Below, in pieces: positions 46,905 to 57,227 of a stretch of 64,000 nt of DNA. The notes beneath the pieces are model-generated. The model was given only the letters and a program-made list of their open reading frames with translations. It did not search any database and was not told the DNA's origin. The stretch lies in the IMG/VR virus record IMGVR_UViG_3300050343_000191, positions 167,086 to 231,085 of that record; one strand, given 5' to 3'. Every line of letters begins with the position of its first letter. Position 1 is the stretch's first letter. Both the position numbers and the translations under genes were made by a program.

Positions 46905-47948
46905 TTATATGCCTGATGTGTTGATAACTAATTCACAATCAGAACCAAGTATCAAACTCTTAGTAGCAGCAACAACAACTGCTCTACGCTTTGTGGTTAC
47001 AGTAGAAGTTGTAGAACCAGCAATAGTCTTATCTTCGGTTACGTCAAGAACATCCTGAATGGTTATAAATCCATCATCATTTTCTTCATCATTAATACCA
47101 GAACCAGCACCAAGTTGAATACCGAATGGGAATGTTGGTGCTCCGTTACCTGCTCTGTTAGTGAAGTTATCAGCACGAACTCTACCACCAGACCCTCCAA
47201 GTGGTGCAGAACTCTCTGGCGATAATCCGAAAATATCAGCAACAAAATCATCACCATCAGCAACAATGAAGTCAGCACCATCATCTACAGCGAGATCAGA
47301 GTGATGAGTGTAACCAACATTACTATCAGAGTTGTTGGGCACGTCCATTGTGACTGTGCTGCCAACACTTAGAGTGTGATTTCTATAGAAGATATTACCA
47401 AGTACATCCGTGTTTACTGTAAGAGCAGTGCCTAATCCAATGACACCTGAAATTCTAGAACCATCGCCAACAAACTGACCAGCAGTAACAATACCAGTGA
47501 CGTTTAAGTTTGTAAGTTCTGCATTAATAGAAGTATTAGTTCCTCTATCTTTAAATCCAATAATCTCAACTACATCACCTGCTTCTGCAGCAACGTCAAG
47601 AGTGAATTGTGTAGGAGGATTTTCAGTGAAGTCAGATTGATTGAGTTTAACACCATTCAAATATACTTCAAGGAACCCAGTACTAAACTGTCCTTCAGTA
47701 ATATTGAATACTGTCTGAGTTCCTGATACGTTGAAAGTCTCTTTTAATATCTCACTATTACCACCACCGCCACCGCCAGCGATACTAATATCAACAGTAG
47801 TTCCATCAGCACTAACTGCAAAGGTATTACCTGCACCAACAAAGTTGAGCATCGTAGCGCCGACAGCCGATCATTCCGCCATTAGCAGGTCTTAATGCCG
47901 ACGTGACCCGACGTCTAGACCTCTATATTCTACCTTTGTAAATGACAT
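46905..47948 (-). pseudogene. Adaptor-like fibre protein with a 5' end disrupted by three apparent 1-nt insertions
   Basis: ATG at 47948 (MSFTKVEYRGLDV); the repaired N-terminus aligns with the paralog at 50695-51111; main ORF 46905-47852 is intact. Confidence 0.65.
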
Positions 47949-47949
47949 T

Positions 47950-47981
47950 GATTATCTTATGCCTTTATGAAAGTATTTAGT
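47950..47981 (-). promoter_or_regulatory. Late promoter and leader, 32-nt exact duplicate (copy 2)
   Basis: Identical to 44755-44786. Confidence 0.8.
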
Positions 47982-48418
47982 TGATTAAGTCTATATCTAA
48001 TAAACAACAAGTTGACTTCTTTCTTTTTTGGAAGAAAAGTTTTCCAAAAATATTTTAGTCTCTTTACTTTATAGTAAGATTTAAAGAGTGTAAGATCAAA
48101 ATTATTTTGTAATACTATATCTTGTAAACTATCATTATGCAAATCTTTAAAAGTAAACTTGAATGGTTCGATAAAAGAAGAATCTAATGTTACAACACAC
48201 GTATAATCACATGATTCTTTTGAAAGTTTTTTTCTAAATCCAGATTTCCAAGTTACTTTTTCATAATCAATAACTTCTAAGATATCATCACCCATCCACA
48301 TATTTAAAGAATGAGTAATATATTCAACATATGATGGTGTGTTAGGTGTTTTACAACTAGGTTCTATATGTTCTTTAATATATCCATGTCGTTCAATATA
48401 ATCGATAAATGTAAGCAT
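47957..48418 (-). CDS. AT-rich hypothetical protein
   Basis: 153 aa ORF, non-fibre composition; its last codons run through the duplicated promoter. Confidence 0.5.
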   Translation of the reverse strand: MLTFIDYIERHGYIKEHIEPSCKTPNTPSYVEYITHSLNMWMGDDILEVIDYEKVTWKSGFRKKLSKESCDYTCVVTLDSSFIEPFKFTFKDLHNDSLQDIVLQNNFDLTLFKSYYKVKRLKYFWKTFLPKKKEVNLLFIRYRLNQLNTFIKA

Positions 48419-48436
48419 ACTAATAAAAAATATATT

Positions 48437-49432
48437 TTAAGCAGTAAGAGAATAAGAAATAATACATAATCCAGATCCACCGTTTCCTGGTGGATCTCCA
48501 GAACATCTTGATCCACCGCCGCCGCCACCTGTATTGGCGGTTCCATTAGCCGCACCAGAGTTGCATGATGGATCATCTGGTATACCATCATTGCAAGAAC
48601 ATCCTTGCCCACCACCACCAGGTCCAGCGGTATTAGCACCAGGATCATATCTATCTGCACCACCACCTCCACCACCTACCGTTGATCCACTAAATGGAAC
48701 TCCTGGAAAATTTGGTGCTGGAATAGTTCTACCACTTCCACCTTGTCTTCTTGCTGTATTGCTTGCTGGAGGGGACCCATTTGGTGAACCAATACTACCA
48801 ATACCACCGCCACCTGAACAGGAATATCCAGTATGCCATATACCACCACCAAAACCATAATTATTTCCTGTATATGATCCTGGTATTGAGAATCCTGGTT
48901 GATTAGCGGATGCAGGATCCTGCTCACCATAACCCATACCACCACCACATCCACCATTTGCATATCCTGGACTGGATGGTTCACTTTGCGCTCCACCAGC
49001 ACCACCACCATAAGCAGTTAAATCTGAACCGAATGTAGAATTGCCTCCAGTCTTTCCATTATTATTAGGAGCATTAATCCCATTAGCACCAGCACCAATT
49101 GTTATTGCATAAGAACCGCTGGTTATTGATGAATCAGTGACTTCAATCATTCCACCAGCACCACCACCACCTGCATTACCAACACTACCGGAACCACCAC
49201 CACCAAGTAAGATTATTCTTAAACCTCTGTCGGCTACAGATGAGTTAAATGTAATGTTTCCAGGTGAATTAAATTGAATAACAGCTCTACCAGATGATTC
49301 TACATCAGATATTGATGCACCTGATGCGGAGTGTATAGGACCAGGTGAATCTGCACCACCACCTCTACCAATACCACCACCCAGTCCTGCTAATGCCTTG
49401 AGTGGTGCTTCTTTTTTATTCCAGTTAAACAT
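48437..49432 (-). CDS. Glycine-rich adhesin-like protein, paralog of 44802-45902
   Basis: MFNWNKKEAPL N-terminus, LGGGGSG, ending GSGLCIISY. Confidence 0.7.
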   Translation of the reverse strand: MFNWNKKEAPLKALAGLGGGIGRGGGADSPGPIHSASGASISDVESSGRAVIQFNSPGNITFNSSVADRGLRIILLGGGGSGSVGNAGGGGAGGMIEVTDSSITSGSYAITIGAGANGINAPNNNGKTGGNSTFGSDLTAYGGGAGGAQSEPSSPGYANGGCGGGMGYGEQDPASANQPGFSIPGSYTGNNYGFGGGIWHTGYSCSGGGGIGSIGSPNGSPPASNTARRQGGSGRTIPAPNFPGVPFSGSTVGGGGGGADRYDPGANTAGPGGGGQGCSCNDGIPDDPSCNSGAANGTANTGGGGGGSRCSGDPPGNGGSGLCIISYSLTA

Positions 49433-49446
49433 TTATCTACCTCCTA

Positions 49447-50463
49447 TCAAGCGTGATTAGATAGTGATGCGAATATTCTAAACGAAGCATTCAATCTCTT
49501 GAAGATTGTAAAGGTATAAACATCATATCCAGAAGCACCACCTGCTGATGGTGCTGAACCACCCTGCCACCAAACAGTATGTGCATTAGACCCATCAATT
49601 CTAAGTTCAGTCATATAATTACTTGCACTATTTTGAGCAGATATTAACTGGAATGATAATGTTTCTTGGTCAGTCATCATATCATTCAAATCGGTCGAAC
49701 CATCACCTGTAATATCATAAGTCCAGGTTCCTGATGAGTTATTAGTTGCCCAGTGAACGTTTCCATAGGTCTTGAGGTGATGAGCATAGTTTCCAGTTAA
49801 TCCAGCACCACCATCTCTATTACATTTCTCAGTCAGAGGAGCACCGAACTTAACCATTCCGTGCTGACTGATATTCATTCTATCAGAGTGACCACCACTA
49901 CCAAACTTTATATCACCAGTAGATTCTTGGTTGGTAATATAAAGATCAGTATCAGACCACATAGAAATGTGAGCACCATCTCCAGCAGCATTACCTGTTG
50001 TTCCATTAGTTAAATGGATTTGTGATCCAGCACTACTACTATTTGGTTGATGAAGATGAAGTGCTGCACCATTGTAGTTAGCAGCACTGGCAACTGGTGA
50101 TACAGTTCCGATGCCACAATTACCAAGAGCAGTGATAGAACCATCAACCGCTAAACTATCTACCGCAGTAACGGCAGTATCGATAGTTGTGGTTGTGCCG
50201 TTTACAGTCAGGTCGCCGCTTAATGTAAGGTCAGCACCAGTAGCACCTGCTGATAAGACTCCAGTACTACCAGCGGTTCCGGAAGCATTTCCAGTTACGT
50301 TACCAGTAAGAGGTCCAGTAAAACTACCAGCAGTTACATTTCCACTAACATTCTGATTTAGAGTTGTCGCTGTTACGACGCCTGTAACAATAATACCGTT
50401 CGGAAAATTAACAGCACTTCCACCATCTTTACCAGTAATAGTATTTACATTAATTTGTGACAT
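49447..50463 (-). CDS. Fibre protein
   Basis: MSQINVNTI...FPNG anchor, shared core, C-terminal WQGGSAPSAGGASGYDVYTF domain. Confidence 0.7.
   Translation of the reverse strand: MSQINVNTITGKDGGSAVNFPNGIIVTGVVTATTLNQNVSGNVTAGSFTGPLTGNVTGNASGTAGSTGVLSAGATGADLTLSGDLTVNGTTTTIDTAVTAVDSLAVDGSITALGNCGIGTVSPVASAANYNGAALHLHQPNSSSAGSQIHLTNGTTGNAAGDGAHISMWSDTDLYITNQESTGDIKFGSGGHSDRMNISQHGMVKFGAPLTEKCNRDGGAGLTGNYAHHLKTYGNVHWATNNSSGTWTYDITGDGSTDLNDMMTDQETLSFQLISAQNSASNYMTELRIDGSNAHTVWWQGGSAPSAGGASGYDVYTFTIFKRLNASFRIFASLSNHA
50141..50160. repeat. Invariant 20-nt core, copy 3 of 4
   Basis: CCATCAACCGCTAAACTATC. Confidence 0.9.
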
Positions 50464-50485
50464 CGCCTTCAGTCTTTCTTTCTAG

Positions 50486-50695
50486 TTATTTATCAAATAT
50501 ATTATAAACATCAGGTATCAAAGTTTTACCTTCTCCAATCGTGATAGTAACACTATCATCTACTGTAAGCATTGCTTGATTAGTTACTATATGAGCAGCA
50601 CCAGTAACAGTGTTGGCATCATTGATTGTTATCGATTCCGTAATAACAACTGTCGATTTATTAAAATTACTGTCACCAACCTGTTGAAGTTCCAT
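50486..50695 (-). CDS. Small adaptor-like protein, duplicate of the C-terminal half of 50695-51111
   Basis: TVVITESITI...AAHIVT...TVDDSVTITIGEGK.LIPD. Confidence 0.6.
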   Translation of the reverse strand: MELQQVGDSNFNKSTVVITESITINDANTVTGAAHIVTNQAMLTVDDSVTITIGEGKTLIPDVYNIFDK

Positions 50696-51111
50696 CAGTT
50701 TCTAAATCTCTCTGGAGTATCAAACACATTAAAGAGGTCAGGAATTACTTTCTTACCTTCCTCAATCGTAATCGTAACACTATCATCAACGGTTATCATT
50801 GACTCACCAGTCACAATGTTAGCAGCACCAGTTCCAGAGTTTGAGTTGCCAAGAGTAATAGACTCTGAGATTACAACAGTGTTGAGAATAAATGGTGACT
50901 TGGTTCCACTTGGATAGTCGATTGCCTCACCTGCTTTGGTTCCACCACCACCTTCAATCGATACATCAACGGTAGTACCATTGACAGCAAAAGTATTACC
51001 AGCACCAACAAAGTTGATGTTAGCAATAGTAGAAGCAATGGTAGTTCCAGCAGAACTGATGCCTACAGTACCTAGATCTTTTGCTAGTTGTCTTGCCTTT
51101 GATAGAGACAT
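50695..51111 (-). CDS. Adaptor-like fibre-associated protein
   Basis: INFVGAGNTF motif shared with 46905; C-terminal TVDDSVTITIEEGKKVIPD. Confidence 0.65.
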   Translation of the reverse strand: MSLSKARQLAKDLGTVGISSAGTTIASTIANINFVGAGNTFAVNGTTVDVSIEGGGGTKAGEAIDYPSGTKSPFILNTVVISESITLGNSNSGTGAANIVTGESMITVDDSVTITIEEGKKVIPDLFNVFDTPERFRN

Positions 51112-51127
51112 CGTGCTTTCTTATTAT

Positions 51128-54100
51128 TTATCGAGCGTTGGACTGTGCGCCATACAAGTTAAATGTTGGTGCTTCTGCCCAGGCGGCGTACATATATTGT
51201 CTAGAACCATCGTTAATAGCACTGTGACTACTTCTTATTTTAAATCCGTTTGATAAAAAATCAATAGGTCTATTTGAGTTGTGATGGTTTTCTATTTCAT
51301 TTGTGGCAGGATATAACTCATTTGTAGCACCATTATAAGTGGTCCTTGAAGTATCTTTGATGTTCCAAAATCCACCTGCCGTAAGGTCCTTGTAAAGAAT
51401 TATTGCCGGACGGAATCCAGTTTCTATGTATGGACCATCTGCATTGGCATTTCCTTGCCACTTTCCAAATTTCTGTAGTCCGGGGACATCGTGCCACAGA
51501 TATGCAATATAATTATGTGAGTTTCCATAAGTCCTATAACGATTACCAGAGCTCACGCTTGAATTACACTTCACACTAAATACAGAGTTTGTTGGGGTGG
51601 CGTCAATAAACGAAGTATACTCGCTATTTAAAAATTGCTGATTGTCATCAAGATATCCGTTTGTCGTGGGACTTGATTGGTGCCAAACAGCCCAACCTTT
51701 AGATGAAGGTGAAAAGTCTCTACTTTTAATAATCATAAATCCAATGTTCTCATTTAATCCATGTGGAATAGTTGCAGTCAAATCTCCTGTGCCAGATTCT
51801 GATGTATAAGATACAATACTAAACCCTTGCTTGGTTCCAACTGATGCACCAGTCGCAGCGATTGATGGGACATTTGCAACAGACACTCCATTATCCACTA
51901 AAAGTTTGCCGTCTAATCTGACACCCTTAAGCGTTGCATACTGACTAGCACCCTGAGTGTTAATTACAAGTGGATATGTCGCATTAATCGTGCCAGAACC
52001 GGTAAATACTGTTACCCATGCCCCCCCACCAGGATTTACGGAATTACCGTTCCAAGATGCTGTAGGAGTGGCATCCCCTTGGTCACAATAAACTTCTAAT
52101 ATGGACGTGAATGAAACACCTGAACTAGGCGCAAAAGTAAGAGTTTGATTAGTTCCTGCTGAAGATTGTGCTCTAGTTGAAACGCTTCCATAAAGCACCA
52201 ACACTCATATTAACAGCAGCAGCAGTTGCATAACCTACATCATCAACATTAAATGTGTTTTTGTTTCCACCAGCCTTCCAAGACCAGGAAACCATATTAT
52301 CCGCACCTTGTCCAGACTCATTTAATGCTCCACTATTAGCATTAACAGTATAACCAGTGCTGGTAAATGTAAGTTTATCATTAGCAGCATTCACTGTTTC
52401 CGCAGCTTCAGTATCAGAATTCAAATAATTATTTGAACCTCTCACACTATCGTGCAAATAATGACTATATGCTTGCGTCCTTGATTTACTCCAGACTAGA
52501 TCTGGTTGGAAACCAAGATTTACTTCTGCAGGAGTTGAAGGACCACTACCAGTATATAATTTTACCCCCAAAAACTGATCAGGACGTGTAATCACAGTCT
52601 CTGGTCTTACTTACATTAGCAGCATTCAGTGGTTGGAAACCATCTGGTGGTGGGAACTTGAAGGGTTTTTGTCCGAAGTTGAACTTTATAACCATCACAC
52701 ACCAGTTAAAGTAACTGTTGCAAGAGTTGATGTGCCAGCAGTAAATTGACTAGTTACATCTACATCATTTACTTCAATTTTGGCAATAGAACTAGATGCA
52801 TCCCTTGCTGCTCTCAATTTTAAAGATGTAGTAAAAGGAATTCCACCAGGTATTTCCCATATTGCTCTTGGATCATTGGTGTCATTAGCTGGTCTTGCGA
52901 TGGTAGTGGTGGATCCATCAAATCCATTAATCAGTGGGTTTGAGGTATCCCAAAATGAATTACCAAAAGAACTCCATTGTGTTCCATCATTAACTCCACC
53001 CATATTTGGTGCAGTGCTAGCAGCACCTGGTTGAGTATTAGACTGACAACACAGAAGTTTTGTATTGGTTACATTTGTGAGTTCTCTGGTTGGTGGTGTG
53101 AAGTTTGATGTATAGAGTGCGGTTCCTTTGATAACTCTTACATTTGAAAGAAAACCGTTATATAAGTTACCTGTACTGCCAGTACCGCCACCTATTCTTA
53201 AAGAATTTTCTGTAGATATTATATCAGTGGAGTTTGTGGATGTTGATCCTTGCTGTATTCCATCCATAAAACATTTAAGATCTGTTCCCGATCTTGTGAA
53301 CTACATGATACCATCGTTTGGCCGCAGCAGTAGTGGCGAATGTAGTTTCAAATATCCAACTACTGTTAGATTGATATGTTTAGATTAGAAGTATTTCTTA
53401 TGATCCATCCACTCTTACCAGATCCTAAGTAAACACTATTATTTGATGTTCCAAGTATATCATTACCATAAGAATTTGCATTGGCGAAAAATTCAATAGT
53501 GAAATCCCCTGTTCCAAAATCAAATTCACCACTACCAGATTCTACAACATCCAAATAATCACCAGTACCATCAAAATACACAGCACCATCAGTGATTTTA
53601 GCAAGTTTAGAACTACCACTCACACCTGATGGAGTGTCTGGGAGAATATCTGGGGAGGTTGATGCTGGAACGAATACTTGATCACCTACACTTTTTCCAG
53701 AAACATCATATTTGTCAATACCTTTATAGATACGAAGATCACTTATATTTCCATTATACCAATAATAAGCAGCGTTGGAACTATTACCACTTGCTATTCT
53801 ACCAACTGATAATCCATTTGATGCACCATCACTTAAATTACGAGTAACATTAGATGCTTGTGCTACAATAACTCCATCTAGAAGAAAAGTCATCAGATTG
53901 GAAGAATTTCTCTGAGCAACTACATGATACATTCTATTAGTATCAGTGCATCCTAAATTTGTAAATGAATTAGTTTGTCCACCTCCTTGTCCATTATATG
54001 AATAGAAATTCATCGACCCACCATTGGCAGTACTAAATCTAAAATACCAGTTTCCAGTGCTTGCATTATAGTATCCTTTACTGCAAATTGGACTTGAATC

Positions 54101-54860
54101 ATTAGGGCACGGAGATGCATACATTTCTATTGTAAATGCACCATCAAATCCCAAAGTACTACTACTACCATAGTTTATATTATCATTAGAACCATCAAAG
54201 GACCTTGAACTACTATAGAAAGAACCAGTTTTACCCCTCTGTATTGAACCATAGTTATCAGATCCCTTATTAGATACGGTGCAATTTATATTACCAGAAA
54301 TATCTTCTTTATCACCAGCATATGGACACGCCAAAACAATACTTGATGCATATTTGTCTGCCTTGGTTTCATCAGTTGTTACGCTGATACTACCATTCAT
54401 AGCCTCTGAATGGGCACTACAATAATAATATAAAATATCTGGCGCATTATGAGGAACAGTAATGTTACAGTGTAAAATTTATTTTCTTCACTACCAAATA
54501 CACCAACTGCTGCCTGAGTTCCACCAGGAAGTGTATTCAGGATTGGTCTTGCTCCTGATACAATACGGTTATCAAGTGATACTGAACCACCAAATCCTGA
54601 TGGTGTCCAGTTGTTTCCATTTCCAGATTTATCTTCTCCAATTGGTGAGTTTCCATCCATTGGGAGGTAGAAACCATTGGTGCCAAATGTTCCTTCGTAC
54701 TTTTTAGGTCTCCAAGTATTAGTGAGTCCGTCAGTATATCCAAAACTATCAGGAGTAAGTGCTTGTATTACCAAACTTCAAACTACCATCAATAACCTGA
54801 GCACCAGATGCCCTATCTTACAGTCCAGGTGTAACTACCTGAGGTAATGCAGATTCCCAT
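51128..54860 (-). pseudogene. One long LamG/concanavalin-containing fibre-tip gene broken into at least 5 ORFs
   Basis: Fragments 54397-54774, 53366-54400, 52695-53267, 52173-52595 and 51128-52204 continue each other across frames (e.g. FNFGQKPFKFPPPDGFQPLNAANV then RPETVITRPDQF). Confidence 0.7.
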
Positions 54861-54869
54861 TTATCTACC

Positions 54870-55650
54870 TCAGCTAAAGTTTACAGATGCGCCAGCAAGC
54901 AGTTGTGTTCCTGCTGCTCCTACCCTATTTACCGTGAATGAAATCAAACTAATTGCTCCGTCTGCAGTCGGTAATGATGGTGTAGAACCTGATGGGAATA
55001 AGAAGTATGTGCTAAATCCACATTGTTGCAATACCGAGTTGATAATTCTTACTGTATGACTGATCTTGTCTGCTTCTGTTCCACCAGTAATACCTCCTCC
55101 ACCACCACCAATCTCTCCCCACTCTGTGATTGTTGCAATACCAGATTGCTGTCACATCTTATGAATATTATTATTTCTTGTGCTGTGTCAGGGTAAGAAA
55201 ATCTTTTGTTACCAGCACCATTCTTATGTATGGATCTGCTGCTGTTAGATGTAATTGCACCTGTGGATTTGTGGTTCCAATTCCAACCGAACCATCAACC
55301 GCTAAACTATCTACCGAAGTAACAGCAGTATCAATAGTTGTAGTGGTTCCATTTACTGTTAAGTTACCACTGAAAGTGGCATTAGTTGCTGTAATATCTC
55401 CAGTAACAGTAGCACCAGTAGCGGTTGCTTGAACTTTTACATTGTTTCCATCTTTCAGAGCACTAGGATCACCAACTCCAGATAATCCAGAACCATCTCC
55501 GTGGAAAGAACCTGCAGTTATAGACCCACCAATACTTACTTTACCAGCACCAGAGATTGTACCAGTCCCAGGAACAACAGCACCATAGGTAAGTTCGGGT
55601 GCGCCCGTGCCCGCTTGATTTACTACCTTATTAGATCTAAGCCTAGACAT
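54870..55650 (-). pseudogene. Fibre protein with a frameshifted middle
   Basis: MSRLRSNKVVNQAGTGAP N-terminus; C-terminal FLFPSGSTPSLPTADGAISLISFTV...SVNFS stop in another frame. Confidence 0.65.
55292..55311. repeat. Invariant 20-nt core, copy 4 of 4
   Basis: CCATCAACCGCTAAACTATC. Confidence 0.9.
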
Positions 55651-55680
55651 TAAATTATCCTAGTACCAATTTAAATATAT

Positions 55681-56727
55681 TTATACCGCGAGGTTGTGTA
55701 CGTCGATTACAAAATCTGCGGTTCCACCAAGAATTAAATCAGCATCACCTGTGATTTGAACTTCTTGATATTTAACGAATGTGATATCGTGTCCTGTCTT
55801 GGGTTGAACAGTTGCTGTTGCTCCACAGGCAAGAACAGTGGGCATACTAATAACTTCTGCTAAGAATGAAGCAGAACCCGTACCTACAGTTTCTTCACCA
55901 CCACCAATCTGACCAGTCAATGAATCATTAACAGTTAGATTATCAATCGATGAATCAATAATAGTATTCTGAACTACAGAACTATGAATCAGAACATCAA
56001 CAACATCACCAGGTATTGCTGGTTCGGCAAGTGTGATTGTAGTAGAATCAGTCTCAGTAAAATCAGAAGGTGATAATCTAACACCGTTTACAAATACATC
56101 TACGTATCCAGAATTATAAGAGTTACTTAAGTTGAATACAGTCTGATTAGTAGTGACATTGAATGTCTCCTTATGGATAACACCTGATCCACCTCCACCA
56201 CCAGAACCAGAAATTGTGACTTCAATTGTATCACCAACTTGTTTGATGCTGTTACCAGTACCAACAAAGTTAATAGTTCTGACAGTACCAATACCAACAC
56301 CACCAGATTGAATAGCAACAACAGGGTCACTATCAACAATAGTAACTGTTCCAACTCTTCCGTGGAATGAAGTTACATCACTATTAACTGGTGAAGCAAA
56401 TCCAATATGACGTACTTGAATCTCATCACCAAGAGATGGTGCTCCAGTAAATGATAAGATTGTATCATAAACGGAATAGGCACGCGCACCTTGATTATCA
56501 GTGGCGTGCTGAACAACACCATTGATTGTAACTACAACACTCGCATTATTAGGAACTGTTCTTGACAGAGTAAAATCTGTCGTTGTTCCATCACCAGTAA
56601 AGTTATCAAGTTCATTATCAGCAATATCAAACGTTGCTAATGCTTCAGCAGTAATCTGACCCCAGAAAGTTTCTAGGTTGGTAGGTGCCGAAGCAAACTC
56701 AATGTTACCACCAGCATCAATCGACAT
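55681..56727 (-). CDS. Adaptor/wedge-like protein with beta-sandwich repeats, possibly 5'-truncated
   Basis: FTGDGTTTDFTL...VTINGVVQ and ETFNV...VFVNGVRL repeats; ATG abuts the terminator U-tract. Confidence 0.6.
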   Translation of the reverse strand: MSIDAGGNIEFASAPTNLETFWGQITAEALATFDIADNELDNFTGDGTTTDFTLSRTVPNNASVVVTINGVVQHATDNQGARAYSVYDTILSFTGAPSLGDEIQVRHIGFASPVNSDVTSFHGRVGTVTIVDSDPVVAIQSGGVGIGTVRTINFVGTGNSIKQVGDTIEVTISGSGGGGGSGVIHKETFNVTTNQTVFNLSNSYNSGYVDVFVNGVRLSPSDFTETDSTTITLAEPAIPGDVVDVLIHSSVVQNTIIDSSIDNLTVNDSLTGQIGGGEETVGTGSASFLAEVISMPTVLACGATATVQPKTGHDITFVKYQEVQITGDADLILGGTADFVIDVHNLAV

Positions 56728-56754
56728 AAAAAAAGGAGGGTTAAGACCCTCCTT
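56728..56754 (-). terminator. Intrinsic terminator
   Basis: AAGGAGGG-TCTTAA-CCCTCCTT followed by a U run. Confidence 0.8.
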
Positions 56755-56759
56755 GTGAT

Positions 56760-57203
56760 TTATTCAGGTGTGGTTAGAACCCATGCTGTTGCTGGGTCTG
56801 CTTGATAATTACTTTCGTTCCATACGTAATACTTATTTGCTGCTACTTCATCATCAGTCAATGTAGGTGCTGCACCAGGAGTTGAGGGTGGTTCCCACTG
56901 TGCTGCTGTGGTGCTAATCGTCCAAGAAGCATAAGGTTGTGGTGAGATAAAGATATCAGTAGAACCAACTCCAAGGGTTGCAACATTACTCATGTAGGTA
57001 TATCCAATACCTGCATAGTTGCCTCTCATATTACCATTATAAGAAGTTTGCTTCCAGTTAGTAGAAGCACCAAGAAGTTTCTGACAGAAAGCAACACCAA
57101 TGCTTTCAGTTTCTACTCCACCTGAGTCGGAAGTGTCATCGTTGCTCACAACAATGACTTGAGTGACGATGTTATCACCATCTAGTTGTGCGAAATGAGC
57201 CAT
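56760..57203 (-). CDS. Fibre-associated small protein
   Basis: MAHFAQLD..NIVTQVIVV...WKQTSYN..R.NYAGIGYTY; this type commonly follows Gly-rich genes. Confidence 0.65.
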   Translation of the reverse strand: MAHFAQLDGDNIVTQVIVVSNDDTSDSGGVETESIGVAFCQKLLGASTNWKQTSYNGNMRGNYAGIGYTYMSNVATLGVGSTDIFISPQPYASWTISTTAAQWEPPSTPGAAPTLTDDEVAANKYYVWNESNYQADPATAWVLTTPE

Positions 57204-57227
57204 GTTTAATATCTAAGTTTAATGTTT

